Below are positions 37,643 through 48,300 of a stretch of DNA of 64,000 nucleotides, piece by piece. Position numbers and translations under genes: made by a program. Positions within the stretch are counted from its first letter, which is position 1, and each line of letters opens with the position of its first letter. Source of the stretch: Candidatus Latescibacterota bacterium. GTDB taxonomy: Bacteria > Latescibacterota > UBA2968 > UBA8231. The stretch is taken from the NCBI GenBank assembly GCA_965217585.1, contig OZ244561.1:6944001-7008000 (forward strand), read 5' to 3'. The notes below the pieces were generated by a model. The model was not told the origin of the DNA. It did not search any database and saw nothing but the letters and a program-made list of their open reading frames with translations.

Positions 37643-39625
37643 TCAGTTCAGGACGCCGCACAATTCGATCATAGCCACGACCCCGCGCGGCACGAACTCT
37701 CCTAAGATCAGCCCTAGGAAAAAGGGGCGCAGCCGCTGGAACAACCTAGGACCTCCGAACCTCAGGACCATGCTTTTGATCGCCCAGGCTAGCAACACGC
37801 TGAAGAACATCTTGTTTGCAGCCATGCTTATGGGAAAACTAATCGGGTGAAAGGGCCACCAGATAAAACGCTGTTGGGCCAGCATGAACAGCGCCATCAA
37901 AACGCCGCCTATGGCGGTATAACCCCAGTACTCCCAGCGCGGTCCCTGGGGAGAAGCTATGCGGGTGGCTGCATTGTCGAAGGGCCATTGCGATTGTCCC
38001 CAGAAGAAATGGGAGGTATTGAGGCCACCGTGCACATAAGCTAGGTCCAGCATCATCCAGATCGAACTGCAGAAGGTGACCACAATTGCCACCAACATGC
38101 TCCAGAAGATCAGCCGCCGATTCTTTTTTACAGTCTCCTCGATTACCTTGAGGCCATTGGCACAGGAGGTCATCGTGAAAATGATGATGTCACTGGCCCA
38201 GACGTAGGTAAAGGCCAAGGCGATGATTCCGCTGGACCCCAGAGCCCGGGTGCCAAAACTGCCGACGATCACGTCCGAAGCGATGATCGGCGCAAAGAGG
38301 TAGGGGAATCCACCTTCGGCGATGATCCGCGTGATCCCCACAAAGAGCACAAAGGCGAAAAAGAGGAAGCACGGGGTAATCCAAGCCGGCAACCCCGACT
38401 GCCATAACCATAGACCCATAAAGGTCAGGCAGCCCAACAAGGTAAAGACCGCAGCCCGATAGGAGAGAATCTCGCCGGAATCGTCGATGGATGTCTCCTG
38501 TCCCACGGCCTTGCGCAAAACCTGCCGCAAGTGGCCGCGGGCATTCCACAGCCCAAAGAGCACTAGGACCGTAAAAGCGCCCAATCCCTGGTGGGACAAA
38601 ATGGGGTCGCCTCTCATCCAGTGACTGAGCATAGGATCGTGATACCCACCTCCCAAAAGGGCGAACGCGATCTCCTGCAGGACGTTGAGCAAAAAGAAGA
38701 AGCACAATCCGAGGGAGACCTCCCGGCGGATGAAATAGGTAAACCCGAGCATCATAAAGCTCACGCCGATCCTGACCCCGACCAGATCCCGGAAAAGATA
38801 GATGTATTCACCGCTTGTATTGATGTAGGGCATAAAGGGATAATAACGCGTCAATAGGTTGTGAAAATTGATGATAAAGGGGATGGCAAAGCCCAACCAC
38901 ATCAGCCAGTCCTTGAAAAAAGGATTGATCAAGGAAGGACGGTCGCCATCTCGGAGCATGGCAATGGGCAACTGGGTCATGGGAAAGACGAGGCGTTCGC
39001 TAGTGATCCACTGTTTCCGCAGAATGGCCATGATGCAGATCATGGACACGAAAAGCGACAGGGCAAAGGGCAGCCAGTGGAGTAAGGGAGGAAGCCAGAG
39101 TCTCCAGGGTACGCCCTGTCCTTTGGGGGCACCTTCGTAAAAGTTTCTGATCTGGGCCAATTCCCTATGGGGAATGATCCACTCCGGGATGTAGGGCAAT
39201 AGGCTCTCGCGCCAGTTGTTTTCCGGCGAGGCGTAGTAAATCACACTGGTGACTTTCGGCAGGAAGTAGGAGACGAACCCATCCGTGGTGACGCCTGAGC
39301 CCACGATCCACATGACGTAGATCTGGGCCAATTCGGCTGGGCTCAACATCCACCGGCGGCGGATCAACCCCACCAGGGGGTTGAGGAAGAGCACCAAGAC
39401 GAAAAACATGATCACGGGGCCCGGGGTGAAGAACCAGTTGCCGAACCCGGATGTCTTCAGTATCATGTCGGAGTACTGGAAACCAGCGCCGACCACCAGA
39501 CAACCTACCGCGCCGATGAGCAGGGCGCGAAAGCTGGGTACCCACGCAGAGGACGGGATCACGGTGCCTCTCCAGGTGCAGTGTATTTGGCTGCTGCGGA
39601 TCGAATATAGGCAAGATTCGAGCAT
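37643..39625 (-). CDS. DUF6785/DUF6784-type polytopic membrane protein
   Basis: YYASPENNW, RKQWITSERLVFP, WWPFHP and RFGGPRLF..PFFLGLILG. The exact start is uncertain. Confidence 0.75.
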   Translation of the reverse strand: MLESCLYSIRSSQIHCTWRGTVIPSSAWVPSFRALLIGAVGCLVVGAGFQYSDMILKTSGFGNWFFTPGPVIMFFVLVLFLNPLVGLIRRRWMLSPAELAQIYVMWIVGSGVTTDGFVSYFLPKVTSVIYYASPENNWRESLLPYIPEWIIPHRELAQIRNFYEGAPKGQGVPWRLWLPPLLHWLPFALSLFVSMICIMAILRKQWITSERLVFPMTQLPIAMLRDGDRPSLINPFFKDWLMWLGFAIPFIINFHNLLTRYYPFMPYINTSGEYIYLFRDLVGVRIGVSFMMLGFTYFIRREVSLGLCFFFLLNVLQEIAFALLGGGYHDPMLSHWMRGDPILSHQGLGAFTVLVLFGLWNARGHLRQVLRKAVGQETSIDDSGEILSYRAAVFTLLGCLTFMGLWLWQSGLPAWITPCFLFFAFVLFVGITRIIAEGGFPYLFAPIIASDVIVGSFGTRALGSSGIIALAFTYVWASDIIIFTMTSCANGLKVIEETVKKNRRLIFWSMLVAIVVTFCSSIWMMLDLAYVHGGLNTSHFFWGQSQWPFDNAATRIASPQGPRWEYWGYTAIGGVLMALFMLAQQRFIWWPFHPISFPISMAANKMFFSVLLAWAIKSMVLRFGGPRLFQRLRPFFLGLILGEFVPRGVVAMIELCGVLN

Positions 39626-39647
39626 TGGCCGAATATTTATTGAGGGC
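39133..39647. repeat. 515-bp near-identical direct repeat, copy 1 (copy 2 at 57231-57745)
   Basis: Both copies run from CTTCGTAAAAG to TATTGAGGGC. Three substitutions were found by eye. Confidence 0.9.
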
Positions 39648-39884
39648 CATGGCTGCTGACCGCACCCGGCCGCTTTGATACCTTTCAGCTCAAGGGGATT
39701 GGGGCCAGAGGGGGTGTGAATAGATGAACCTTAGCGGAGTTTTCTGTTCCAATGATTGGAACCCCGCGTAGGGAAGAAAACGACCGACCTTAAGGAACTG
39801 TGTGGCTCGGATCGTTGTTTTTGGTTCCGTTGCTATCGTATCCCCAACCTGCACAACTGGATGAAGAAGCGGGGAATCAAGAAA

Positions 39885-40038
39885 ACGCCGGGCACCATCT
39901 GTTTCGACTTAGCCGTATCGAACACCTTGCCGAGCTTCGACGTCCACAACTCTTCCATGGTCCTGTCGTTGTGATCGCTACCCGCGGAAATAAAGATTTC
40001 CCCCTGGTGCACCACGGCGACAAACTCCACTTCAAATT
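39885..40038 (-). pseudogene. Internal fragment of a DUF2848-like (FAH-fold related) gene
   Basis: Translates as EFEVEFVAVVHQGEIFISAGSDHNDR...SKQMVP, resembling the EVEFV/GSDHxDR/SKQ signature. It has no start of its own. Confidence 0.55.
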
Positions 40039-42027
40039 CTAATACATCTGGATCGTATTGCCTGTCATCCCAGTGAACCCATCTACGACCAGCCAGAACC
40101 CGCCTACCACGAATTGCCCCAAAATCATTCCTAGAAAAAACCAGCGCGTGGCACCGTAGCCGGCCGGGCCGGTAAATCTCAGAATAAGGGCCTTGACCAA
40201 CCAGGCTAAAAAGATGCTGAACCAGACACTGTTCAGGATCCACGTGCCGCTCACCACATAACCGATCGGGTGCAAGGGCCACCACAAAAGGTGTTGTCGC
40301 GCTAAGGTCAGCAAGGCCATGACTACAGCCCCGGCTCCGGTCCACCCCCACCCGGGCCAGTAAGGTCCGACCGGCGTCTCGATCAGGCGGCTGGCAACCA
40401 GGAAGGGCTCCTGGGCAAACCCGGAGAAATATTGTTGATGGAGGTTGATGGCGCCGTACTGGTAGCCCAATTTCAGGGTTGCGCAGATCGATACTACCAG
40501 GCCGATGCCCAAGGCCACTACCATCATCCCTAAGAGCCGCATACTGGAACCCCGCAAGCCGTGCAGCATGCGGATGCCGTTGGCACAAGGGGCCATCATA
40601 AAGACCAGAAGATCCGCAGCCCAGGCCAAGGTGTACTCCACTGCTATCGTGCCGACCGGCCCCAGAGCAGACGAGCCCACGCCGGACACCAGAAAACCCG
40701 CGCCCGATAACCCTTGTACAGCCGACGAGAGGCCGGCTTCGACGATCACCCGGGTAAGCGCCAAAAAGATGGTAAAGACGCCGAAGAGGAACACCAAGAC
40801 CGCCCAGCCCGGCATCCCGCTTCTCCCCAGCCAGAGTCCCATGATCCCCAACCCGACCACTAGGCCGATCACCGCGGTCCGGTAGGAGATCAACTCGTCC
40901 TCATCGGATTCTACTCCCCGACCCCAGACCTGCCTCCACACCTCCCACAGGTGGGACCGAGCTGTCCACAATCCCAGTAGCACCAAGACGATCATAGCAC
41001 CCATGCTCTGGTGGCTCAGCATGCCTCTCGTGGACCCTGTATGGCTGAACAAGTCGAGCTGTTCGGCACTGTAAATGCCCAGGATAGAGCAAACCGCCTC
41101 TTGGAGCTTGGCTAGCAAGAGAAAGAACCACAGGCTGAAGGAGATGCTGGTGTTGATGAAATAGGCCAGTCCCATCATCAGGTAGTTGAGCCGGATGGGA
41201 ATCGAGACCGCACCGCGGGCTACCAATAACTCGTAGTTTATATCGACTGCCGGCACAAATTCATAATAGCGGCTGAGCGCGAGGACGCTATTCAAGAGAA
41301 ACGGGATCGCAAAACCGACCCACATCACCGGATTCTTCAGGAAGGGCTTGACGCGCGAAGGCGGATCCTGGTCTTCGATCATGCCCAAAGGCACCTGGAC
41401 CAGCGGATACAGCAGCCGTTCGTGCTCCATCCACTGCCGGCGCAAAATGACCATCGAACAGATCAGCACCGTGTAGAAGCCACCCATGAACAGGAGCCAC
41501 CAGCTCAGAGGCTGGACCCAAGCTTCCCAGGGAACAGGCTGCCCCTGGGGCAGGCCTTCGTAAAACCACTTTACCGCTTCCTGATCCTGAGGGACCATCC
41601 AGGTGGAGATGTAGGGAATCAACTGCTCCGCCCAGTTGTTCTCCGGCGAGGCGTAGTAGAATACACCGGAGATGATGGCCAAGACCATGCCGGTAAATCC
41701 CCTGGAGGAGATCGCCGTGGCCAGCATCATCATCACGGTTATGAGGAGCAGTTCGCCGCGGGTAAAAAGCCACGACCGCCGCATCGCCCCCAACAGCGGC
41801 TGTACGAGAACCATCAACACGAACAACAGGAAGAAGGCCGCCGGGGTAGAAGAACTCAACCCCAACCGGGTCCCCTGAATGACGAACTCTCCATAGGGCA
41901 GCCCAGCGGCAATCAAGCCGCAAAGTAGCATCCCTGCCAGCATCGCGCGGAGACGAATCTTAGACGGGGTGACTTCTTCGCGTCCAGGCGGAGACTCAGC
42001 TTGAGTCTCTGGTTTCGCGAAATCCAT
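40039..42027 (-). CDS. DUF6785/DUF6784-type polytopic membrane protein
   Basis: YYASPENNW, RRQWMEHERLLYPL, WWPLHPIG and FFLGMILG. Confidence 0.75.
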   Translation of the reverse strand: MDFAKPETQAESPPGREEVTPSKIRLRAMLAGMLLCGLIAAGLPYGEFVIQGTRLGLSSSTPAAFFLLFVLMVLVQPLLGAMRRSWLFTRGELLLITVMMMLATAISSRGFTGMVLAIISGVFYYASPENNWAEQLIPYISTWMVPQDQEAVKWFYEGLPQGQPVPWEAWVQPLSWWLLFMGGFYTVLICSMVILRRQWMEHERLLYPLVQVPLGMIEDQDPPSRVKPFLKNPVMWVGFAIPFLLNSVLALSRYYEFVPAVDINYELLVARGAVSIPIRLNYLMMGLAYFINTSISFSLWFFLLLAKLQEAVCSILGIYSAEQLDLFSHTGSTRGMLSHQSMGAMIVLVLLGLWTARSHLWEVWRQVWGRGVESDEDELISYRTAVIGLVVGLGIMGLWLGRSGMPGWAVLVFLFGVFTIFLALTRVIVEAGLSSAVQGLSGAGFLVSGVGSSALGPVGTIAVEYTLAWAADLLVFMMAPCANGIRMLHGLRGSSMRLLGMMVVALGIGLVVSICATLKLGYQYGAINLHQQYFSGFAQEPFLVASRLIETPVGPYWPGWGWTGAGAVVMALLTLARQHLLWWPLHPIGYVVSGTWILNSVWFSIFLAWLVKALILRFTGPAGYGATRWFFLGMILGQFVVGGFWLVVDGFTGMTGNTIQMY

Positions 42028-42031
42028 ACGG

Positions 42032-42420
42032 TTAAGGGCGAAAGCGTATAGAGTATAGGTCGGCGTCTTTCATCACAAAGCGGATGCGGACCGGCTGGCC
42101 GACAAGAGCCCCCACATCAGCGCTGGCTGAACCATACTGTGGCTCCGCATGCCAGGCGACGACGCGCTCAATTTCCATCTCCATAGATCTCGACGCTCTC
42201 GGACAAGTGGTCTCCATCCAGCGGCTGTCCCGTGGCATCCTGTATTTCCACGCGCAGGCTGCCCACCGCAGAGGTCGAGTGGTTGAGGACCAACTATGTA
42301 CCGAGCAGAATCCGTCCGTCCGCAACGTGGCTCTCCGCAACCGTATCGATGGATGCCTGTAGTGCTCTATGTAGTAGAGCGAAAGCTCGGTGGGGCTCCA
42401 CCGAAGGAAAGTATCGGACC
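42032..42420 (-). pseudogene. Frameshifted 3' remnant of a beta-propeller glycosidase-like hypothetical gene
   Basis: The blocks ELSLYY..RRATLRTDGFCSV, GSLRVEIQDATGQP (another frame) and IERVVAW..DVGALVGQPVRIRFVMKDADLYSIRF are collinear pieces of one C-terminal domain. Confidence 0.6.
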
Positions 42421-42510
42421 GGTCGCCCTGAGCAAACCGCCGTTGCAGTCCCAGGGCCAGAACAGCCACCTGCACCGGTTTTGTCACCGCGTCCTATCTC
42501 AACTCTGATA

Positions 42511-45186
42511 TTACTTATCCAGGCCGGCGTACATGGTGATGAATCCCTGGGTGGTAGTATCGGTTCCCTGTTCTTCGAAGTCTTTTCTATCGACCTTCAT
42601 ACCCACTTGGGTCGTGAATGAATAGCCTAAATACTCGCTTACATTCGCAAGCTGCATGGCCACGGCCAGGCCGTTGAAATTATTTGCTTTCTCGCGAAAA
42701 TCGTTGGAAAAGGTGTACTCGATGCCCGACTGTATCTCAGTATGCCTGAGTACCGGGAACCCGAGCAGGAACCCGAAGAGCTCTGTCAGAATATTCTCTT
42801 TCCCCACGGCGAACAACCCAAAGGTCTGCAGACGAAACTCGCTCTTCCATCGCGGTTCTAACCAGAAACGCCCGAGCCTATGGCGATAGTTGGCCTTGTT
42901 GATGACTCCAAAAAAATAGTCGTTGGCGTGCTCCAGACTGTAGGTCTCTCGCTTTTCCGCATCGTCGCGTTGATGGTAGTGCTCGAACTTGACATGGTTG
43001 GACAACTGCAACACCCCGTGAGTATAATCGTGGCCGAGCCAGGTCGCAGTGATCCAGGTATTCCGGGCCAGGAGAGGATCTTCCACCTTTTTCTGCTGCG
43101 CATCCCTCAAGGTGACCTCAGGGAACCACTGGAGCAGATCGTTCGGGATGTCATCTCTGGCTAATTTCACCATTTCTAAAACCCGAAACCGACCGAACTT
43201 GGGGGTATCCTGGTCCAAGGTAAACAGGGCGTAGGAGGTGTGATTGCGCTGGTCGGAGGAGATCAGATCCTCTCGCAGGTGTCCCACCGTAAACCGGACG
43301 CGGGGGGTCAAGTGGTAACCGAAATAGACATTGAAACCACGGTGGTCCTTGGGGTAGGGATAGTCCGGCTCCTCGTCGTTCTCGAACCGGTCTACCCAGA
43401 GATTGTTGTTCATGTCGACCCCGAACAGAAACTCAGGGCGATCCACATTGTGTCTCAGGAAGGCCTCTTCATAGTCTGGGACATCATTGGTACGGAAAAG
43501 GTTATCATTCTGGTTGAAGTCGGGGATGAAGTCGTTGTTCTCATCCCATCCAGGGAAGACCCTGGAGTCTCCTTGGCGCCAGTCGGCGCGAATCGCGTCG
43601 GGGAAGCGGTCCTGGTCGTCATTATCGTCGACCAGTTCCACGATGTTCTGGCGTTCGTCCTCATAGTCGATGAACCCATCCCCCAACGTGACGAAGGACC
43701 GCGTGCTGTAGAGCGGATCCATGCTATAGGCCTCGCTGAAGAAGAACCAAGGATAGGCGATCCTGGAGAGGTTGAGCATCCAAGCCTCATCCGTCCGATT
43801 CCCCGAAACTCCCGAGGAGGTCGAGTGAGTCTTGCGGGTGACATTGGGATACTTCCGGTAGATCAGGCCCAGGTCGTACTCGCCGTAGAAATCAAAGCCC
43901 CACACATTCTGCAACTCTATCGTGCCGCCGACGATCTGATGCGCCGTTGGCAGGCCGTATTCGAACTTGAGGACCCTCAGGTTGGTATTGTCCTGGACGT
44001 TCCCAGCAGCCTGGGAAACCAGCAGCAGAACCGAGTTGTCGTTGGAATTGAGCTGACGGTCGGAGGTCATCCAGATCTGGTAGTCGTTTCCCACGGTCAT
44101 GCTGAACTCCACCTTCATGATCTCCTCCTTGCTCCCGCTGGCCCGATTCACGAAGGCGGGGGTGTCGAAGTCGTAGCGGATCCGGATCTCCTCGGTACCG
44201 TCGGCCGCAAGGAACCCCTCCTGCACGAAACCTCCCTGGATGACTGGCTTGAAGCGGATGTCTTTTCCCTTGTCGGTCTTCCCATTCGTGTAGGTGATGA
44301 AAATATCCAGGCCTGCCGGGAAGAACGCCGCACCACCCGTCCCATCATCCGGGGAATCGTCCCTGAGCACGAGCTCAATGAAGGAGATAGTGGAATTCTG
44401 ACTGATCGTCAGAGCGCCCGCTATCGGGTTGCCCTTGAACCCGCTTACCAAGGTGTTGGACTGGTGAGTGTTGACGAAGTGCAGCCCTAAGGTGGTGAAA
44501 TCCCCGACCTGAGCCGTTGCGCGCCCCCCCATCAGCGTGGTGAGATTGGTTCTAAGTTGTTCTAGATCGTTTGTCGAGCCCCCTCCGGGACTGCTGATGC
44601 GCGAGAAGATCAGGGTCCCCTGGTACTTGTCCGTGGCGAAGTCGAACTGGATCCCATCCCAGCGTGGCTTCGAGAAGCTCATAGGGGTCAGGGTTGTACG
44701 GAGTTCGTCTCCTACAGTCAGAGAGTAATGGTACTGGCCCTTCTGGTCGGAGGCGATGGCCACCTTTGAGAACCACTGCTCGAACCTCCTCGCCTTTATC
44801 AGAGAATTCCCGAACTGGAGAGGTTGTATCTGAGAGTTGGTAAAGATCAACCAGCCGCGAGTGACAAAATTGCCAAACAGATCGTAGAAGTAGTCGCCTT
44901 CCAGGTCTATATTGACATATCTTTGGTAGTGTTGTCTGGCATAATTGCTGTATTCCCATTGCTTCCACCGATACTCATTGTAGAGTTCCTGAGGGACGTA
45001 CCACTTCTTGACTGCCGGGTCCAGGGCGTCGAACAGGACGCCCGGCCCATAAGGGGCGAAACTGACTGCCCCGCCTCGCTGCACCCCTAGCCGCGTTCCA
45101 TAGTCCTGAGCCAGAGAGGGCCCCAGAGTGGCAATCAAAACCAAGACAACCGCAACGGGTGCAATATATCTTTTCCTGCGTTTCAT
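42511..45186 (-). CDS. Putative outer-membrane beta-barrel (cassette family A, copy 3)
   Basis: Signal peptide, DYGTRLG, WYVPQELY, LRDDSPDDGTGGAAFF, DNDDQDRFPD and EPRWKSE, ending FITMYAGLDK. RBS GGAGG. Confidence 0.7.
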   Translation of the reverse strand: MKRRKRYIAPVAVVLVLIATLGPSLAQDYGTRLGVQRGGAVSFAPYGPGVLFDALDPAVKKWYVPQELYNEYRWKQWEYSNYARQHYQRYVNIDLEGDYFYDLFGNFVTRGWLIFTNSQIQPLQFGNSLIKARRFEQWFSKVAIASDQKGQYHYSLTVGDELRTTLTPMSFSKPRWDGIQFDFATDKYQGTLIFSRISSPGGGSTNDLEQLRTNLTTLMGGRATAQVGDFTTLGLHFVNTHQSNTLVSGFKGNPIAGALTISQNSTISFIELVLRDDSPDDGTGGAAFFPAGLDIFITYTNGKTDKGKDIRFKPVIQGGFVQEGFLAADGTEEIRIRYDFDTPAFVNRASGSKEEIMKVEFSMTVGNDYQIWMTSDRQLNSNDNSVLLLVSQAAGNVQDNTNLRVLKFEYGLPTAHQIVGGTIELQNVWGFDFYGEYDLGLIYRKYPNVTRKTHSTSSGVSGNRTDEAWMLNLSRIAYPWFFFSEAYSMDPLYSTRSFVTLGDGFIDYEDERQNIVELVDDNDDQDRFPDAIRADWRQGDSRVFPGWDENNDFIPDFNQNDNLFRTNDVPDYEEAFLRHNVDRPEFLFGVDMNNNLWVDRFENDEEPDYPYPKDHRGFNVYFGYHLTPRVRFTVGHLREDLISSDQRNHTSYALFTLDQDTPKFGRFRVLEMVKLARDDIPNDLLQWFPEVTLRDAQQKKVEDPLLARNTWITATWLGHDYTHGVLQLSNHVKFEHYHQRDDAEKRETYSLEHANDYFFGVINKANYRHRLGRFWLEPRWKSEFRLQTFGLFAVGKENILTELFGFLLGFPVLRHTEIQSGIEYTFSNDFREKANNFNGLAVAMQLANVSEYLGYSFTTQVGMKVDRKDFEEQGTDTTTQGFITMYAGLDK

Positions 45187-45339
45187 AGCCCCTCCCTTTT
45201 GGGCAAATGATGCACAGTCGAGTGGTGCCCGACCTAAGAGGTTCTGCTTATACTCAACGCTGGCCTAGACGGTACTTTATTTGGGATAGGCTTCCACGGT
45301 GTCCTAGTCAAGGCAGATGTAGAGGCCTTTTCCGATGTT

Positions 45340-48300
45340 TCAATAAGCCACAGCTACTACGAGGGATAGGGTCTTTCCTTTAGCTTCCCCCGAATCTGCT
45401 CCCAGATGGATCTGGCAGATGTAGAGCCCTGGTGGAAGGATGCTGCCTCCTTTGTCCACTCCTGTCCATCTGAACACATGTGGTCCTCCATGGGCCATCT
45501 TGACGTCCTCCCACATCAGTCGGCCATCCAGGGCATAGATCCGCATCCGGGCCTCCCGCTCCGCGGTCACTCTGAATACGGAGAAGGCAACTTCTAGGAC
45601 ATCGTTCACCCCGTCTCCATTGGGGGTGAAGGGGTTAGGGGAGAGCACCAACTCGTCGATGATCTTCCCGCCTACGGGCACGGAAATGGTCAGGCTACTA
45701 CCTGAAGTCAGGATCGTAGCATCCCCGGGATCCACCTGCTGCCACAGAAAGTCGCCGGCATCCGAGATTTGATCGGCTTTCCGCACAAAGGCCTTCAGGG
45801 TGGTCCCGTTCAAGAAGACAGTGGAGGCAAAGCGCACCTGAACCAGGCGTCCGGTGCCGATGACTGTCCCCCGCACTGATCGTTCGAGTGCGTTATACGT
45901 GTCGGGCGTCAGAGAGTCCCCCCTGGCATCGAACGAAAATTCGGCTCCAGCCCCGACCAGCTTGCGGAAATAGCGGACCGGCCCCTGCTTCTCCGGATCG
46001 AGTTCATCGTAGGTGAACTGATTGGCGACCTCCTCGAATCTCAGGTTCCCCACACTATCGGTGGTCTTCTTAAAGAAAAGGCTCCTGCCTCGTTCCGAGT
46101 CGGGGAGAAGCCCGTACGCGGCTTCTGTAAGGATATCCCCATCGTGCCCCACCGGCACTTCGTCGCCTTCAGAAGTGACGCGGTTGTAGACCTTGGGAGC
46201 GAGAGCGACAGGCACGCTCTGCATGGAGGCGGGTAAACGAACCCACAGAGAGTCCCCTCCTTCCCGAAATACATCCAATGCGTCGCCCGAGGCGCTGAGG
46301 AACCCACCTTCCGAGACACGCTGAAAATTCTGGTAGACCTGCCCCTCCCGGAATTCCTCTTCGGTTCCGGTGCTCACACTCAGCAGGTGGAGATCGACCC
46401 CTTCAGGGGCACTCAGCAGCATCTCGTCGAACCCGGCTGTCTGGGCGGAGAAAGGTGCATCGATGAAGGTTGGACGCAGATAGATCTCGAAGGTATCCAG
46501 CCGACCAGGAATGGTCTCCTGAGGCCATACCTCTCCCACCACGCGCTGCGCCACTGGATCAAACAGCTCTACCTCAATCGAGCCAATCGAGGCGGTTTTC
46601 CAGCGGTCTTCGCTGGTAAATTTCACTTGCAGCTGCATGAAATTCCGCAGCCCTGGAGAGGTCACCCGCTCACCCGAACGGACATACTTCCGACTCCATG
46701 GGCTCCAACCTCCTCCGAGGGCAAAAGAGGTATCCACCGGGCCCTGGTACTTGCTGAACAGCTCCTCCCACTCCTTTGGGGTTTTCTCGAATCCCGAGGC
46801 GTCAAAGTAGCGAATCTGCTCTACCAGCAGGTCCCCCGTCCGGGTGCGGATCTCCACCGAGGTTCCCTCTGGCTGGTCCTCCGGGCTCCACCTGACCGCG
46901 CCCAGACTGCGCGGGCCAGGCATGCGGATGAAATCAGAGGTCATCTCAGCCTCTGTGATATAGCCCTCGGAAAAAAACTGGAGCTCAGAGACAGTGCCCG
47001 CCAGTACTCTGTATCCCCCTCCAACGTCAAGATTAGTCGTCAAGAGCCTCATACCCAGGTACCGGATCCGGAGCGGAGGATCGTAGAAGTCTGCGAAATG
47101 CCTGAACCGATCTACTTCGTTATTTTCACGCTCAACAGGGCTGACCCTGCGCCACTTGAGTTCCCCCCTAGCATCCCGTGCTCCGTCCGAGGCCTGGACA
47201 ATATAGCCGTCTACGGATCCCGCCAGACGCATTGCGTCCAGCCACACGAGGGCACCCATATCGACGGTCATAATCCCTACTTCCGAGAGAGGAGACCAGA
47301 CCTGCCACCTGAAGTTCGTACTCGCGTCCCCGTCGAATCCATTGCTGGCTATGTACGGCCCCGTCAGGTCCACACTGCCACCCTTTCCCAACACCCCCGG
47401 GGCGAGGTTGTCACCCCAGCCCCAGACCTCGACTTCACTCAACCGGGGCCGTTCGCGGATATAGTAATCCTTCCTCCCCTGCCGTTCTGGACCAAGGCCT
47501 TCGTAGGTCGACTGGTCCACCGGTTCCTCAAAACCGGTCTCATCCTGGATGTAGTAGAGGATATCCCCCTGCTCCTCGGACGGAAGCACTTCCCACTCTT
47601 CTTTAGAGAGCTGCCGCGCCCTGAAGCGTTTGCTATCGGTGACCAGGATCCGGATCGTCTCGGCTATCCGGCCTGTCCATTTGGGATCCGAAGCGGACTG
47701 CGCGAACCTGGGCTCTTCCTCGGTGCTGAGGACGAAGGTCCGCTGTTCGGTATTAGGCGCTACTGTGCCGCCGACCAGACTGAAATCGAGCTTGTTATCC
47801 GCGTCCTCTATAAACTCCTGTTCAGGAGAGACCAGCACGCGGAACTGGCGAAAGGGATCTCCCGTCTCTTCGTCGACAAAGTGCAGTACGATCTTTTCGA
47901 CGACCACTACCCGGCCCAGGTCAATCTCCACCCACCAGTCGGTGCTGTTAGCGGCCAGATCGGGTTCCCAGTAGGTGGTCGGATTCCCGTCGATAATGTT
48001 CGGGGCATCATCCGGGTTTGATCCCACCCGGCTGATCCCTGTCTGGACGAAGTAGTCGTAGGCCGGAAAATTCTCTTTGTCTTTTGTCTCGAACTTCCGG
48101 GTGGAGCGCACTCCTGTGCTGACGTTTTTCAGCAACAGGGTCACCTCTTTCGCACCACTCATCGAGGTGTCGGTGACGGTGTAGAGTTGGCCGCCAAGGA
48201 CAATCTGGGTCTCGTTCCCTGGGAACCTCCGGAAGTCCGAATTCAGGTATTTTCCTACCTTCTGCTCTTCGAGCTTCAGGTCCCCGTCTCGAGTTCTTAC

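Noticed and set aside
43240-48021. Long + strand ORFs (416 aa and 544 aa) and other shadow ORFs such as 21820-22998 and 62506-63912
   Set aside because: They are antisense or alternative frames of well-supported genes in GC-rich DNA and show no motifs.
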